Source: Paraspadella gotoi | Taxonomy: Eukaryota; Animalia; Chaetognatha | Direction: 5' to 3' | Length of the DNA stretch: 64,000 nucleotides | Assembly: GCA_051294375.1 (NCBI GenBank) | Contig: JBJCIZ010000028.1 | Coordinates: forward strand, 1,032,100-1,096,099 | Part shown: positions 30,801-43,589 of the stretch, one piece after another | Position numbering within the stretch: position 1 is the first letter of the stretch | Layout of the letters: every line of letters starts with the position of its first letter | Made by a program: the position numbers and the translations under genes | Notes under the pieces: model-generated | The model's input: the letters and a program-made list of their open reading frames with translations, nothing else | Told to the model about the DNA's origin: nothing | The model's database searches: none

Positions 30801-32903
30801 AAAAGAAAAATAAAAGAGAAGGTTTAGAAATCACAATCTGGCGACCTCGTTTAGCAACTTTTCTGACATTTTAGATTCTGACCTAACAAGTACAAGCTCG
30901 CCCCTAGCTGCAAAACGCTTGTATTAACAATTTTTGTCATGAAAACTCCTGAAAATTTTAAAGAAAAAATTTATTAGCAAGTTTCAAAGTAGAACAATTC
31001 TTTCATTAGTTTTATCAAGTTAATTTGAGAAATTGTATTTTTGACAGAAATATTAGGGGGATTTACATGATCAACAAATTCTGATGTTTCAAAAGAACCT
31101 TCTGGTAAAAGATGAGATCCAACAATATTTCAAAAATGTACTTGTTCTTCTGAAAGACAAAGGTTAGTTTGATGCCCCCATATTTCAAATGAAACAAGAT
31201 GGAATTCAGAAAAAAACCTTATACAAAATACCATTCTTTATATTTATAAATCCGAAGTGAAATAATGCAAGATATGCCGCCAAATATTGGAAAAATAATT
31301 GATGATATAGGCATTAACCGTGAAGCTGATCAGATGAAAAGGTTCATTATTGCTTTCTCTTCTTTCTGGTTCAAATGATATCTGGTTGGGTCTTTTCAAT
31401 GTTGACATTCTTGTCCCAAATCGGAATTCGAAAAAGATTCGAAAAAGCAGAAAAACAACTTTTTGGCTTTCCTGACAGATCACCGTAAGATACCTACCTG
31501 GTAAACGGCGCAGAATCATCGTTAGGTTAAAGAAATGAAGTTTTTTAACAACATTATTTTAGCTATAAGCTAAAAAAAGGATTACTTTCCTCCGAATATG
31601 TTTCTGCCCACACTTTCCAATATAGCGCCACTAGATTGAGGAAAAAACTGTATTTCGCACATTAATAAAAATAATAGCCTACATGCCTCCAGTACCTGAA
31701 TAGTTTCTCTTCATACGTGCCCTGCCAGCTCAGATTACAAAGAACGATGGTTTTTAACGTTTGAGTTTATTTGGTCTAAAACAAGAAATAGACTTGAGCC
31801 AGAAGAAGCCATGGATCTCGTTAAAATTTATTGATCTTTGCTAAAACAGGATTATGGAAAGAGAACAAACATCAAACAAGTGTATGTAAATAGTCACTTA
31901 CATTTAAGTAACAAATTTTGTTAGATCAGAAAATAGAGGCAGATAAAAATTTATGGAAAAAAATCATGTTTAAAAACAAGATAAGGTCAAGCTCGAATCA
32001 AGCGAAGTGTTACAGAAAGATTTACAAGTAAGTCAAATGCTTTGATATTGTTTTGATTTAGTTTTTTTTTTATTAAAGATGTTTTATAATAGAATAATTA
32101 TTATAACAAAAATATAATTTTTTTAAAAGACCCACAAAAAATTTTTTTTTTGGGGGGGGAGGTTTTATTGGGTTGTTTATAACAACACTGGTGGGAAAGG
32201 CGTGAGGAGAGAGAGAGAGAAGAGGACGAGAGAGACACACAAACACACACATAAAGAGACAAACGAATTAGAGAGAAAGAAAGAGGGAGAGAGAGAGAGA
32301 CACAGAGAGAGAGATACACAGAGACAGACACAAAAAAAAAGAGAGAGAGAAAAACTTACAAAGAGAAAGTGTGACAAAAATCATTGATAAATTCCCGTCG
32401 TTAATTAAGGACGAATTTTATCGTCAACCGATGTTCTACGTCTTGGGTCATTTTTCCAAGTTCATTCCGCCTGACTCGGTCGTCCTAGGATCCGAGGTGG
32501 GTCGCCTTAGTTTTTTTTCATTTTTATTTATAATTTATTAAATTAACTATTTTTTTAGTCTTTTTTTTTTAAATTCATTTTCGTTGCTCGATCAGGTCCT
32601 CGGAGCTTCCCGCGTCGGCGCCGTCGCCGTCGAAACTCTAGTCGAAGGCAACAAAACGGCCAAGGTGTGTTTGAGTCACGAGGAAGTAGGAGAAGAAGAC
32701 GACGACCAAGACGACGACGACGACGACAAAGATGACGACGACTGCCCCCTACTCTTCCACCCTTTCCCTTCCAGGTGGTCGTCGTCCACAACCCGACAGA
32801 AGGGGATTTGTCGGCTTCGGCGTCCGACGTCGTCTCAGGCCGACAGTTTCGGTTCGTCTCTCCCGCCAAGTCGGTCGTAACCTTATTGTGGCTCAACGAG
32901 TAA
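18722..32903 (+). CDS. GBA: Lysosomal glucosylceramidase (GH30), ~13 exons
   Basis: Hydrophobic leader, CLCNATFCD (18926-19024), [17 protein letters not shown] (~19600), [12 protein letters not shown] (~20280), [15 protein letters not shown] (26845-26957), WGITAQNEP (acid/base, ~27310), FILATEAC (nucleophile, ~29800), [42 protein letters not shown], stop TAA 32901-32903. Several exons have 1-nt indels (likely read errors). Confidence 0.9.
19940..20200 (+). mobile_element. tRNA-headed twister-ribozyme repeat, family member in GBA intron
   Basis: A box TGGCTCAGAGG (19999-20009), B-box-like GTTCCATCC (20034-20042), then twister 20068-20149; many flanking hairpins; no TTTT run. Confidence 0.65.
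20068..20149 (+). ncRNA. Type-P5 twister ribozyme
   Basis: GTTGGC(P5) AAAA GCGA(P2') GA CCG TCCTAGGG TAA CCGC(P2) GCC AGTG..CACT(P3) G AGGG TCGGAAGC CCT AAA GCCAAC(P5'); T1 pseudoknot CGG/CCG, T2 GC/GC; predicted cleavage U20095/A20096. One P2 mismatch and one P4 bulge. Confidence 0.72.
20716..26190 (+). mobile_element. DIRS1-like tyrosine-recombinase retrotransposon (frameshifted) in GBA intron
   Basis: Inverted terminal repeats ~20716-20935 and ~25943-26163, right extension 26164-26190, internal complementary region 21717-21797. Broken plus-strand ORFs: RT ([37 protein letters not shown], ~23300-23900), RNase H (VTTDAS, ~24225), methyltransferase-like (IDLFAT ~24600, WPAQMWFQ ~24812) and a putative YR region ~25000-25950. 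Confidence 0.85.
26641..26710 (-). ncRNA. Degenerate twister-like motif (catalytic half intact)
   Basis: Minus strand GCTCGT AA GCGG GA CGG GACGTC TAA CCC ACC TGTAG matches the 58969 copy (GTGG GA TGG ACCGGG TAA CCC GCC TGTAG); the P4/L4 half is decayed. Confidence 0.42.
27610..28155. mobile_element. MITE-like element with long inverted arms
   Basis: ACAATTTTACAAGCGCCGG...CCGGCGCTTGTAAAATTGT termini; arms ~27660-27825 and ~27975-28137 are reverse complements; related sequence at ~57930-58130. Confidence 0.7.
28400..29115. repeat. C/T-rich low-complexity tract in GBA intron
   Basis: Degenerate CCCCCTTT-type repeats over ~700 bp; explains the Pro-rich and Gly-rich ORFs. Confidence 0.8.
30667..30805 (+). 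pseudogene. Decayed BED-zinc-finger-like fragment, probably transposase-derived
   Basis: [19 protein letters not shown] / (frameshift) [28 protein letters not shown] resembles the BED pattern GRKK..W...K.KC..C.....RMR.HL.KC; broken coding-like sequence continues to ~32000. Confidence 0.35.
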
Positions 32904-33039
32904 AACCAGTTTTCATTTTGGTCGTGTCTAATTGATAGACACCTACCCCTCTCCCCCTATCGTCTTAATTTTTTTGTCCCATTGTCAATATAGATTTATA
33001 CTTTTCCGACGCTGCTTCAGACTCGTATTGTCTCTTGGT

Positions 33040-33700
33040 TAGACTGTGCCAAATTTTTCCATCTGTTTAACCGAGTTTAGCACTATAGTACATATTGTGC
33101 CTCGACCATGTACTAATTTTTTAAAAAAAATTTTATGAATTGCTAGCAACAGCTAGCAAAAGTAAAAAAATATTTCTTTTTTTGGACAAAATTTTCATGA
33201 TGTTGTCCGTAAAATCAAATGTAACCGGTCTCATCTTAAAGAGCGCAAAAAATACTATATATACTTATATAATTATATATAATACTTTCTTCATTATTAA
33301 AGCTCTTTTGGGGTTATATCATGTATGTTGCATAAAAATATCGAAGGTTTTAAAGTATCTTTCATTGCTACCTAATATAAACTCAATTAATGGTTTATTA
33401 TTTATAAATTTAAAACAGAAATCATAGTTCAGCAATTTTTTTAAATACTTAAAAAATTGTAGGTTATTTAAGATTGATTAAAAGTTATCTAAAATATAGT
33501 ATTTTTTGCGCTCTTGAAGATGAGACTGGTTACAATTGATTTTACGGATTACATCATAAAAATTTAGTTTTTGAGGGTTGCTAGCAATTAATAACATTAA
33601 AAAAAAAGATGGGGGGGAAAAAATTAGTAGATGGTCGAGACACAATTTTTACTATAGTGCTAAACTCGGTTAAACAGATAGCAAAATTTGGCACAATCTA
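33040..33700. mobile_element. Near-palindromic MITE
   Basis: TAGACTGTGCCAAATTT..TTAACCGAGTTTAGCACTATAGTA at left, TACTATAGTGCTAAACTCGGTTAA..AAATTTGGCACAATCTA at right; inner arms also inverted. Confidence 0.75.
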
Positions 33701-35369
33701 CTGTCGATGGCTTTTTAAATTTTTTTGGTTTTCATTCGAAGAAATCTTTTGTTTTTTACCGGGGATCGTTCATATTTCTAGTCCAGTGCGCGTACAAAAA
33801 AAAAAGTCTTGATTTTAAACGTTTAATCTTCTTCATAATTTTAACCTTTTTTTTTGGGGGGGGGAGGGCGATAATCGTCACGTTTATTAATTCGATATCG
33901 AGTCGCCCCCTCTACGGAATTTGAAATTTGTTTTTGTTGTCGTCGTTGTNNNNNNNNNNGTTGTAGCTCTTGTTCCACTCTTCAAAAATTCATCGCCTTC
34001 GATTAATTCGTATTTAAAAAAATGCGCATTTTTTTCTCTTTTTTTTTACCCTTTCTGTTTACGGTATGTGGTAATTACCGTTATTCTTCTGTGATTATTA
34101 ACCCGAACAATGTTAAAGATTGTTAAAAATGCTATTGTTTATTCTATTGTTTGGTGCCTATTTAAATGAAGATTATATTTGAAATTCTTTCTCGATGAAG
34201 TAAATTTTGAAGAGAGATAGTCACAGGTTAGATACGCTAATTCGCTGTTTTAGGTACAATTATTTCTCCAAAGTTTAAGTCATTCATTAAAGCTCCAAGT
34301 CTTAACGCATATATAATTCAATATGAAATTACGAATAGTACCGTAAAGAATACAAAAACATTATTATAGATATACTACGATTGATATTATTCCAAGCTCG
34401 TGAATTTCCAGGTCATTGGGTGATTTAAAAATGTGGGGTAAAATTTTAATTTCGCTGACCGGGGTTTTGGCGTTTTTTTTTTAAATTACTAAAAATATAA
34501 AAGATTTAAAAATTATTGGGTTATTTTAACTTTAGCCGACCGGGGTGAGGGTTAAGATAATTGGGTAATATTTTTTTAAATAAATATTTTTAAATGGTTT
34601 TTGAAAATACCCCAAAACCTTGGTCGGCGAAAATAAAATTTAACCCAATTATTACTTAACTATTCTAACCTTAAATTACCCGTAATCACGATCGGCGACA
34701 GTAAAAGAAACCCAAAAAAAAGTATTCTCTTTTCGTTTTTTAAAATTTGCCACGCCCACATATCAAGTCGGTGGCCAAGCCCACTATTTGGAAAGTCGGT
34801 GGCCACGCTTAAATTTTGATAGTTTGTGGACGTGCCCACTCATTGAAAGACGGAGGTCGTCGTGACGCGCGTGGCGCTGAATGGCGCCGGGCCCATTCCT
34901 GGGATGGCGCCGCGAGAGGATTCCTGGATCAATCAAAAAAAAATAAAGGGATCAAAAATTTGGGACTTATTACAATTATAATAGTAATTGTATCAAATTT
35001 GGGCGCTAACAAACGACTGCGCTACAATGGAACGCGACGAATTTTTCAACAATCTGAACAAAAGAGCATAGCCTCGCCTTAGGCCTTCCTTTGATATTGA
35101 GCCGAGGAAAGAGAGAAGCGAATTTGGGTTCGTGTTGTCGACCGCAAAATTCGATGCGTTGCGTCGATTCCATTGAATATTTGATCTGCGGTGGGAGAAA
35201 AGGTTTTAGGCATCGAGCGTATTGTTAAAATGTTATTATAGCAATAGTATCATTTCGACTCGGGCTGGGTTGGGGATGTAGATCCGTAAACGCTACAAAA
35301 TTTAGGTTTACTAGTATTTCTGAATTACTTTTAATTATGGAATGGGGCAAATTAAAATATACTAAGCGT

Positions 35370-35508
35370 TGGCGGCCCGAGTTGCAGCCGCAGGCGAGAC
35401 GTTTGCCTCCCAATCCCTGTCGGTCGAATAGCAATGAAATGGGAAGGATTGCGCGACCCACCTACAGATTGGTGCGACTGTCTTGTTCTTATAGCTTAGG
35501 AACTGCTA
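35370..35508 (+). ncRNA. Highly degenerate tRNA-head + twister family copy
   Basis: tRNA-like TGCCTCCCAATCCC segment, then TAGCA..AAA TGG GA AGG ATTGCG CGA CCC ACC TACAG..CTGT..TCTTATAG..TGCTA; UAA and T2 are corrupted. Confidence 0.33.
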
Positions 35509-36220
35509 ATTTATGAATGCCTCCTTAATTAATTTTTGACAATTGCTCCCTCTCTTCACATCGTTAAAGCAGAATTAAAAATAGGGCAAAATTCACCAAC
35601 AAGTTTTATTTTGCACAAAAACCCGTTTTCTCGAAAAAAAAAAAGAATACAAGTTTGGAGATCTACATCTCGTATATTTATTCCATTTTGGAGTCTGGGC
35701 GCACGCGATGTCCGGAAGTCTAGTTTTTCTTTCTTGACGAAATAAGAATTGGGTTTTTGGTCTTGAGTTTTTTGGACACTTGGTATCCGTTCCAATTGGT
35801 ATTTTGTTTGAGGAAGTAGCATGCGGAAGGTTGTTCTCCTTTTGTTTACCCTTGGCTCGAAAATTAATGAATTTTAGATCAAGAATGAAATTAAGCATTT
35901 ATAAAATCCAGGATAATGAGAATTGATTTCACTTGATATTAGAGGATACGGTCCTGATAATTTTGGAGTAGATGGGGTTAGGGGTACAGGGGTAACGCTA
36001 TTTTGAGTGAGGAGTTTTATGTTAGGGGTATAAGGGTTGGGGGTCGTGTTGGCGACTTAAACCCAGCTCACCAATTAAGTCACAGTAGATTTCGAACAAG
36101 TGTGAACTAGATTTGCCACACGCCCACGGCATCAGCCATCACATGTAAAGTAAACCCTTTCCTTTTTTTATTTTTTCTTAATGACCAAAATATTAAAAAT
36201 ATTTATATTAAATATCTCAA

Positions 36221-36263
36221 GCGCTGATGAAGACTCGAATTGTTAGAGTCGAAACATGTCTGC
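36221..36263 (+). ncRNA. Minimal type-I hammerhead ribozyme (Penelope-like LTR type)
   Basis: GCG CTGATGA A GACTC-loop-GAGTC GAAA CATGTC TGC; palindromic stem III ACATGT, GUC cleavage triplet (after 36260), AATAAA downstream. Confidence 0.65.
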
Positions 36264-36319
36264 CTATGAAAAATAAACCGTTGTTCACAAATTCATATTA
36301 AATTTTTTGTAAAATTAAA

Positions 36320-36570
36320 TAGTAAAAAAAACAAACATCCCGATCGGTAAAAGGGCAATTTTTTTCTTTAAACCCATCCCTCTCCCTAACCGCCTCCATC
36401 ACCTCGGGAATTCTGCCACCGACGAACCGATTGGGGACACAGTATTCTCCGCAAGTAAAGTTGGTCGCGTTGAGTTTCGCCGCCATTTCCTCGAAGATGT
36501 CGTTGAAACGGGGCGACTCGCGCACCCAAGCGTCGTGCCTGGGAATTAAAACCGGCGCGGGGTATTTTTG
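36320..36570 (-). CDS. Probable exon of an unidentified minus-strand gene
   Basis: GC-rich open frame KYPAPVLIPRHDAWVRESPRFNDIFEEMAAKLNATNFTCGEYCVPNRFVGGRIPEVMEAVRERDG after a TTTCCAAAA/pyrimidine tract; other exon-like GC islands at ~34790-34925, 35110-35187, 39830-39885, 40180-40287. No family recognised. Confidence 0.4.
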
Positions 36571-36733
36571 GAAAATCATCAAAAGAAGAAACAATATAAA
36601 ATTATCCATTCATTTTTAAATAAGCTATCTTAGTATTCACTAATATGATAGTTTTCAAGATATAACTGCTAAATTTTGATTCCAAACTTTTACTTCACCC
36701 TACTGTATATGGAAAATCTTAATTTTTAAGAAA

Positions 36734-37379
36734 TTTTTATCGTCGCAAACGCTTTGGTTTTGTTCAGAAGTGGCGTCGTTGTCGTCATCGTCGTCGTTGG
36801 CGTTTCAAATTATAGATCGTCTTTTTTATGATTAAATTTGGGTATATGAAGCTGAAAATTTATATACAGCTTCTCATCATCGATGTGCTTAATATTGAGT
36901 CTGGACAGTTATTAAATATGTTTTGTTTACGTTTTATCAAACAAACAATATTTCTCTCTTTTATTTTTATATTTCTTTCTCTTTTCTTTTTTAATTACAT
37001 GTTTCTCTCCCTCTCTCTTTTCTGGTTCTGCAGGGGCTTATTCTTTCTCTCTCTTTTCTCCTGCTGCTTCTGCCTTTTGATTTTTCTTTTTTTCTGGGTG
37101 CCTCTGCTGCTGCCGTTGCTGATTCGTCTGAAAACGATTTGGTCTTTCTCTGCTCACTTATGCGGGCTAAAAGTTAAACAAGACTTAGCACTTGCTAAAA
37201 ATTAAACTCGAAAATAAGTTATTTTACTGTTTTATATTTATTATTCTTTTTTTCCTTGTTCTTTCTGTTTATAAATTAATTTTCTTTTATCAAATTTGAT
37301 TTTTATAGTATCAAAATTTGTTGTCAATCCAGATTTTTCTTATGCGATTGCGACGATCCTTATGCTTTTAAGATTTTTT
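36734..37379 (+). mobile_element. DINE-1/HINE-like non-autonomous Helentron, family 2
   Basis: 5' subTIR ATCGTCGCAA(A/T)CGC, (GTC)n microsatellite, 3' GCGATTGCGACGAT plus stem-loop ATCCTTATGCTTTTAAGAT, T-rich flanks; second copy 45736-47089. Confidence 0.65.
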
Positions 37380-38681
37380 ATACATCTTTTTATTGCGTTT
37401 TGTATTTAGAAGAAAAAAGACAAGTTTTAAGTTTTTTTTTCGTGTTTTGCAAAACCAGAGTTGAACAAAAATTACAATTAATCGTTGCTGAAGCCTGAAG
37501 CTTTCGGTTTTCATTTAAATTTATTATTATTATTAATTAAAAAAAAATTTAGGTATAATTTTACTTTCGCCGACCATTAGGCAGGGTTAAGGGTAGTTCA
37601 AGGGTAGTTTTTCATGATGCCAAAACCCCGGTCGGCAAAAATAAAATTTTACCAAATTTTAATTTTTAAAAGTACAAGATAATATAATTTTAAAAATGTA
37701 CATCGTTATCACGAAAAAGAGCTTAGGACAGGATTCTAACTCTATATGAATGAACTAATCCATAATTTTATATCGACAGTAGGTTGTATCATTATTACAA
37801 TATTGTTCTCTCACCAAGATTGATATTTGTCTTGTGGCTTTTGCTTCCTCTTTTGGAAATTTCTGGTCCAGTCGCTGAATTCCCTTTAAAGTTTTATAAT
37901 CACTTTAAAGTGTACGCTCAAAAAGCCATGCTTTATTTTTCAAAATTCAGAATTAAATGAGTTTTTAAGTTTAAAGATTTTATTTAAATTTTTGGTTTGG
38001 AAATAGGGTAATGAATTATATTAAAGATTCAGTTAAAGATTATGATTAAAGGGTTAGGGGATAAAGTTTGGTATTAGCATTTAATGTTAGGGATTAGAGT
38101 TAAAGATTTGGTTAATAATTTGGTAAAATGTTAAGCTTCAATATTCAGGTTAAACTTAAGTTTTAAGAATAAAGGCTCAGAAATAGGGCGCTTTCGGAAA
38201 CTAGTGCCCAAAGCTGACAATTTGGTAAGGTCGACGACTTACCTCTGCATCGAAGTTCGAGGGAATTTACTTTCTAGGGTGAAACAGTTTGTCATGATTT
38301 CTTCTCTCTAGACCCTTTTTTTAAAACTCGTTTTTTTTTCTTTCTTTTTACAGTTTTTCGTTTGTTTTTTTTTGTTTACTTGTTTTTTGTATTTTTTTAA
38401 GAATATATTTTTCTTAAAATCGGGAAAGGAATTGGCAACTCACAATGTGATATTCAGAAATATGACATTAAATTTAAAAAGAAGAAAGCTTCCAAAATTT
38501 TTTCTTTTTTCTTTTTTTTTTCATTTTGTGATTTAGAAATTATTATTATTATTGTTTTTATTATTATTATTATTCGATGATAAAAGTTTTAACTAATTGA
38601 TTCATCTCCTTCAGAAAAAAGTACATTATATAAATATTTAACTAAATTATTATTACTTATTGTTGTTTTACTTGGATATGG

Positions 38682-39448
38682 AACATGTTTGAGCAAACAA
38701 TGTCGGATCTGTCTTCGATAATTTAGCAGTAATAAGCTAAACAGATAATAATCAATCATGATTATTTTTTGTGATCTTTAAGTCAATCAATAAGTCAAAG
38801 AACCTGTGGCTGCGCCAATAAAAGTAAATCGTTTTTGACGGATTAGACTGAACTGTTACTGCAGCACTTTTAATATTTTATAATTTAAAAAAATATTTTA
38901 TCAATAAAAAAAATAATTTAATATTTTGTTCATTATTTTTATTTACATAATATTTTTAATTGCATAATTTTTTTAACTTGTTTTAACTTGTTCCACCAAC
39001 AATTTATATCCAGCTTAATCACATACTTTCCTACCCACACACAAAATTCCACTTCAATATATCTATCCAATTATGAATAAATTTAATAATTATGAGTAAA
39101 TATAAGTAAAAATGCCTCAAGTAAATATGACTTTTGTTTTTTCCATTTAAACTCATTTCCACTTGAATGATTCAATCGAAACTTTATTTCCAGCTCAATC
39201 ACACACTTTCCTACCCCCACACAAAATTTCATTTCAATCCATCGATCCAATCACAAGTAATTGGAATTTAATGAAAAGGTGGGATGGACAGACGGACGGA
39301 CATAATTTTTTTGACATGATTTAAGTGAGTGCCCAACAAGATTTAGGGGGGTACCGACGGACCGACAGTGGTCTCTCTCACTTCGGACTCTACAATCCGA
39401 AGTGGATTATAGAGTCGGAATCTGCTGATAAGCAGATCCGACTAAAAA
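38682..39448 (-). mobile_element. DINE-1/HINE-like non-autonomous Helentron, family 1
   Basis: Minus strand: 5' subTIR GTCGGATCTGC with adjacent inverted copy (hairpin 39413-39443), GTCC/GTCT microsatellite, central AAACTCATTTCCACT repeats, 3' CAGATCCGAC plus TGTTTGCTCAAACA stem-loop. Confidence 0.7.
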
Positions 39449-39907
39449 TAAGGGAAAAAATAATAAGATAAAAAGAAATCATCAGAAGCATTTTTTCAGC
39501 GTCTGTATATACTTTTGATGGAATCCAACGTCACGCCCTCTTCTTCTTCCTCTTCTTCTTCCTCTTCTTCCTCCTATTCATTCTCCTCCTCTTCCCCCTC
39601 TTCTTCCCCCTCTTCTTCCTCTTCTTCCTCCTCTTTTTTCTCCTCTTCTTCCTCCTCTTCTTCCTCCTCTTTTTCCTTCTTTTTTTCCTCCTCTTCTTCC
39701 TCTTTTTCCTCCTCTTTTTCCTCCTCTTCTTCTTTCTCTTCTTCTTCCTCCTCTTCTTTTTCCTTTACTTTCTCCTCTTTTTCCTCCTCTTCTTTCTCTT
39801 CTTCTTCCTCCTCTTCTTCCTCCTCATCCTTCTGATTCCTCCATTCGATTCCATAGGAAGATCTCGGAATTTTCCCCGGATGTCAATCAAGTTTCGAAGT
39901 ATAAGTA

Positions 39908-40168
39908 TTAAGGCGGACCGGAATTTTACAATATAAAAATTTATTTTTTAATATATTTAGTGTATATATAATAAATGTTTAATTAAATATGATATAGTTA
40001 TTTTTAATATTTAATGATTTTTATAATAAAAAATCTTTAAAATTTTTTTACTTGCTAATATAACTAAATATACATTTTTAAGATTTATCTTTAAACCCTT
40101 TTTTTTCTGATTTATAATAAATATTTTAACAACTGATATATCTAGTTTTCAACCCTGTTTCGCCTTAA
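39908..40168. mobile_element. Short AT-rich MITE
   Basis: TTAAGGCGGACCGG ... CCTGTTTCGCCTTAA terminal inverted repeats. Confidence 0.5.
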
Positions 40169-41956
40169 TAAAGATAACCGTTGTCGTCGTCCTTTCTCTG
40201 GATTCCGGATCCGAGTCTCCTCTCCCGGGAATTATGGGGCCGGAAATGTCATGACCCTTGGTGGAAGGCCCCATGGCGATGGGTCAGAACCTGAAAACAG
40301 ACGACGAGGATTGAAAACCCACAAAAAAAATTATTAACTTTCAAAATTGCCCTATTTCTGTTCCTAATCTCTGACCTGAGAAATAAACTTAATTTTGACT
40401 ACTTCTACTACTACAACCATCACAAACTAACATCTGCAATAACGACAACCAAAACAAGAAAGACCACTATCCGCACTTAGTCTAGGTTATAAATTTAGGT
40501 TGGGAATTAGTGTTAGGGATAAAGGATTATCGTTAAAGATAAATACGGCGAAGTAAAGGATTTATGGCTACCATGACTTCACTGTTATTAGATATATTTT
40601 CACGACAGAAAACGAAATGTTGAAACATTAAACATTGCGCTTCAGCAATCAGAAAGTCAAAAGCTTTTTCACAACCACAATGACAGCCTTTTTTAAATTT
40701 TATAGTTTTTTATCTCGCCAGACGGGCGAGATGAAGGATCGCCTCTGCTTCTTTGTGACCGGAGTCGTCGTCACCGTCACGTTTCTTTGCCATCTCAAAT
40801 TGTAAAAGTGTGTAAAAGGCTGTCCACTGGACAGTGTCCAGCTTCTCTCTATCTCTTTTAATTATATGTCGCTCTCTCTCTCTCTCTCTCTTTTTCTGTC
40901 GCTGCTTCTTCTGATTCGTCTGATTCGTCTGATCGGCGACTCGGGTAAAATCGGCATTAGTCCACTGAGCTACTGAGGCGCTGCGAAGGAAATGGCTTTA
41001 ATCCATCTGTTGTGATAGGACCACCAGAGTATCTTTTTCGGGCTGACGACCGGTTTGTGCCGGTCAAGTTGAGCAAAAAGAGCAAGAAAAAAAAAAAATC
41101 CGCCGGATTTTTTAAGACAAAAAAGGATCTTTTGTCCATTTTTTGACGTAAAGTAGTTATCTTTGGGGATCGATCAAGGAGAACCTCATGGTCAGGGTCA
41201 GAGTTGAAGCGTAAGCAAAATTATGATATTTGTCACCACTATTGAATATTGATATTCTGTCACTACTAATTTTTAGGTACACCGGATACGAAGACATTGG
41301 TATCCAACTAAATAAAAAAAAATCAAATGAAACTATTGCTGGCGTTTGCCTTCAGAGAAATTACTATCCTTCTGTAGTCCCAAAATCGAATTGTACCTTG
41401 CAGTCTCGAAAAACGCTTGTTGAATAACGACATGTGAGAACGGAGAGTGATCAAGGGGGTGACAGGGAACGTCACAGCGTGGCAGAATGTCTCGGAACAA
41501 CCATGGCATTGGATAGATCATGGGCAGCCGTGCATTGACAGTCTGAGCACCCTGGAATCTGCACTGTATCGTAATTACTAATTAGGAGGAATCACATCAA
41601 TGATCAATAACCATTAACCAGAACTTTATACCCATCACCTCTCCTATTATGTTATTAACGATTCACAATAGCTGAAGGAGGAAATAAATAATAAACGATC
41701 AACAACTATCAAAGAATGATCTATTAATAATCAATGCACGATCTATGAATAATCAATGAACGATTAATGAATAATTAATGAACGTATTGATCTACAGATG
41801 AATAAATGTCCGATTATAAATGAATCAACTGAAGAATAAAAGCCGATGAACGAATCCACGAAAGTTTCTTCCCGACAGACATCGTTTATCTTTTAATTTC
41901 TTTCTCTCTTTCTCTCCAGTCGAATATCTCTCTCTCTCTCTCCTTAATTTACCCTA

Positions 41957-42006
<50 letters not shown>

Positions 42007-42845
42007 CCCCCCCCTTAATTAAACCTCTAATCTCGTGCGCCTAATTTCCACTTTCAAAATGGAAAACCTATCTTGCTCAATAGGGTGGGGGGTGAAAAGA
42101 TTAAGCAATTAAACAATGTTTTTTTTGCCGCCTTTGTATATGAAATAAAAAATAATTAAGCCCTTTTTTTAAAAAAATATTTACAATAGTATTGTTAAAG
42201 ATGTTTTAACTCGTTTCGGGACGTTTAGCCAATTTTTATCTCTGACCATTTTTAAGTTCGGCCAATGTTTTTGCAGGCTTTCGTCTCCAGCACCGATTTC
42301 CGTGATTTTAACGTGATATTAAGCAGTTTAAGTTGTAAACTCCTGTTTCCGAGGACTTTTTATGTGAAATATATATATATTAATATAAGCATTTCATAAT
42401 TCCTACAGCGACTCATGTCAAAACTTTTCTGTACTGGTGAAGCAAAATGTTTTATGATATTTTTATGTTAAAGTTGCAAAAAATGAGTGAAACTTTCATC
42501 ATATAATAGTTTGAATTTGGACTTTTTTCGTTTTTGACGCTGAAGACATCAGAATTTTTGATAACATGTTTTATTTTTTTGATTTAACGTTTTATGAAGA
42601 ATAAAAATTCCTAAAGTTTTATTAAAAATTTAATATTTTATATGGATATTACTATAAATATATTGTTTTTATGATACTGTTCCACAAACAATATGAACAA
42701 ATTATTTTTTGTACTCGATAATCATACTATCTCGAGTCTAAATTTCTTTAAATGAAATTTTTGTTCCCAAGAGCACCACTCTAATGCTCAAATTTCAGAG
42801 GAAAAAAATTCAACATGATCAGGACTATCATTTCTATTACTCTCT

Positions 42846-43344
42846 TTTTAGCCAGATTTGCTTACAGCAGATCCCCGCTCTATATTTCACTTTGTCGGTC
42901 CGTCGGTATGCCCCACAATCTTGTCAGTAAGTCAATTAAGTCATGTCAGAACATCGAATTATGATAAATTATGCAAAAAATTCGATGTCCATCCGTCTGT
43001 CCATCCATCCGTGATATGAATGAAAAAAATAATATAAATTTAAAAAAGATACAAGTTGAAAAAATGATGTAGACAAAATTAATTAACAAAACATTTAAAT
43101 ATTATTTTTATCAATAAAATATTTTTAAATTATAAAATACTATTTGTTCTTAAGTAACAGTTTAAGTTAATCCCTTGAAAGCGATTTACATGCATTGGCG
43201 CGGTCACTGGTTGTTTATTAATAAGTTATTAATAATTATATATATAATTATATTTATAATTATTAATAATTTGTTATATATATAATTATATATACCGCTA
43301 AATTATTGTAGGCAGATCCGACATTGTTTGCTCAAACTTGTTTT
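42846..43344 (+). mobile_element. DINE-1/HINE-like family 1 copy
   Basis: TTTTAGCCAGATTTGCTTACAGCAGATCC 5' hairpin, GTCCATCCGTCTGTCC microsatellite, 3' GCAGATCCGACATTGTTTGCTCAAACTTGTTTT. Further partial copies ~50797-51555, 54080-55290, 57567-57604, 58262-58817. Confidence 0.7.
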
Positions 43345-43589
43345 AAATATAAGGACCACAAGATCTGCTTTTAACAATTTTGATAATTTTGATATTTTTT
43401 TATAATTTAGATAGACATTACTTTTTAAAAAAAAAAATTTATCTTTTAGACTCGGTTATTTTTCACCAAGGTAAGATATTTTAGACTGCAGCAATGAGAT
43501 AATACGGTGGTCTTACAACGTTTTTTGGTAACCTTCAATTTATGATAAAATTAAAAATAAAAATAAGAAACGTTTGAAGTGATCGAGAG

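Noticed and set aside
41150-41560. Possible LINE endonuclease fragment on the minus strand
   Set aside because: Only a vague resemblance; no diagnostic motif could be read.
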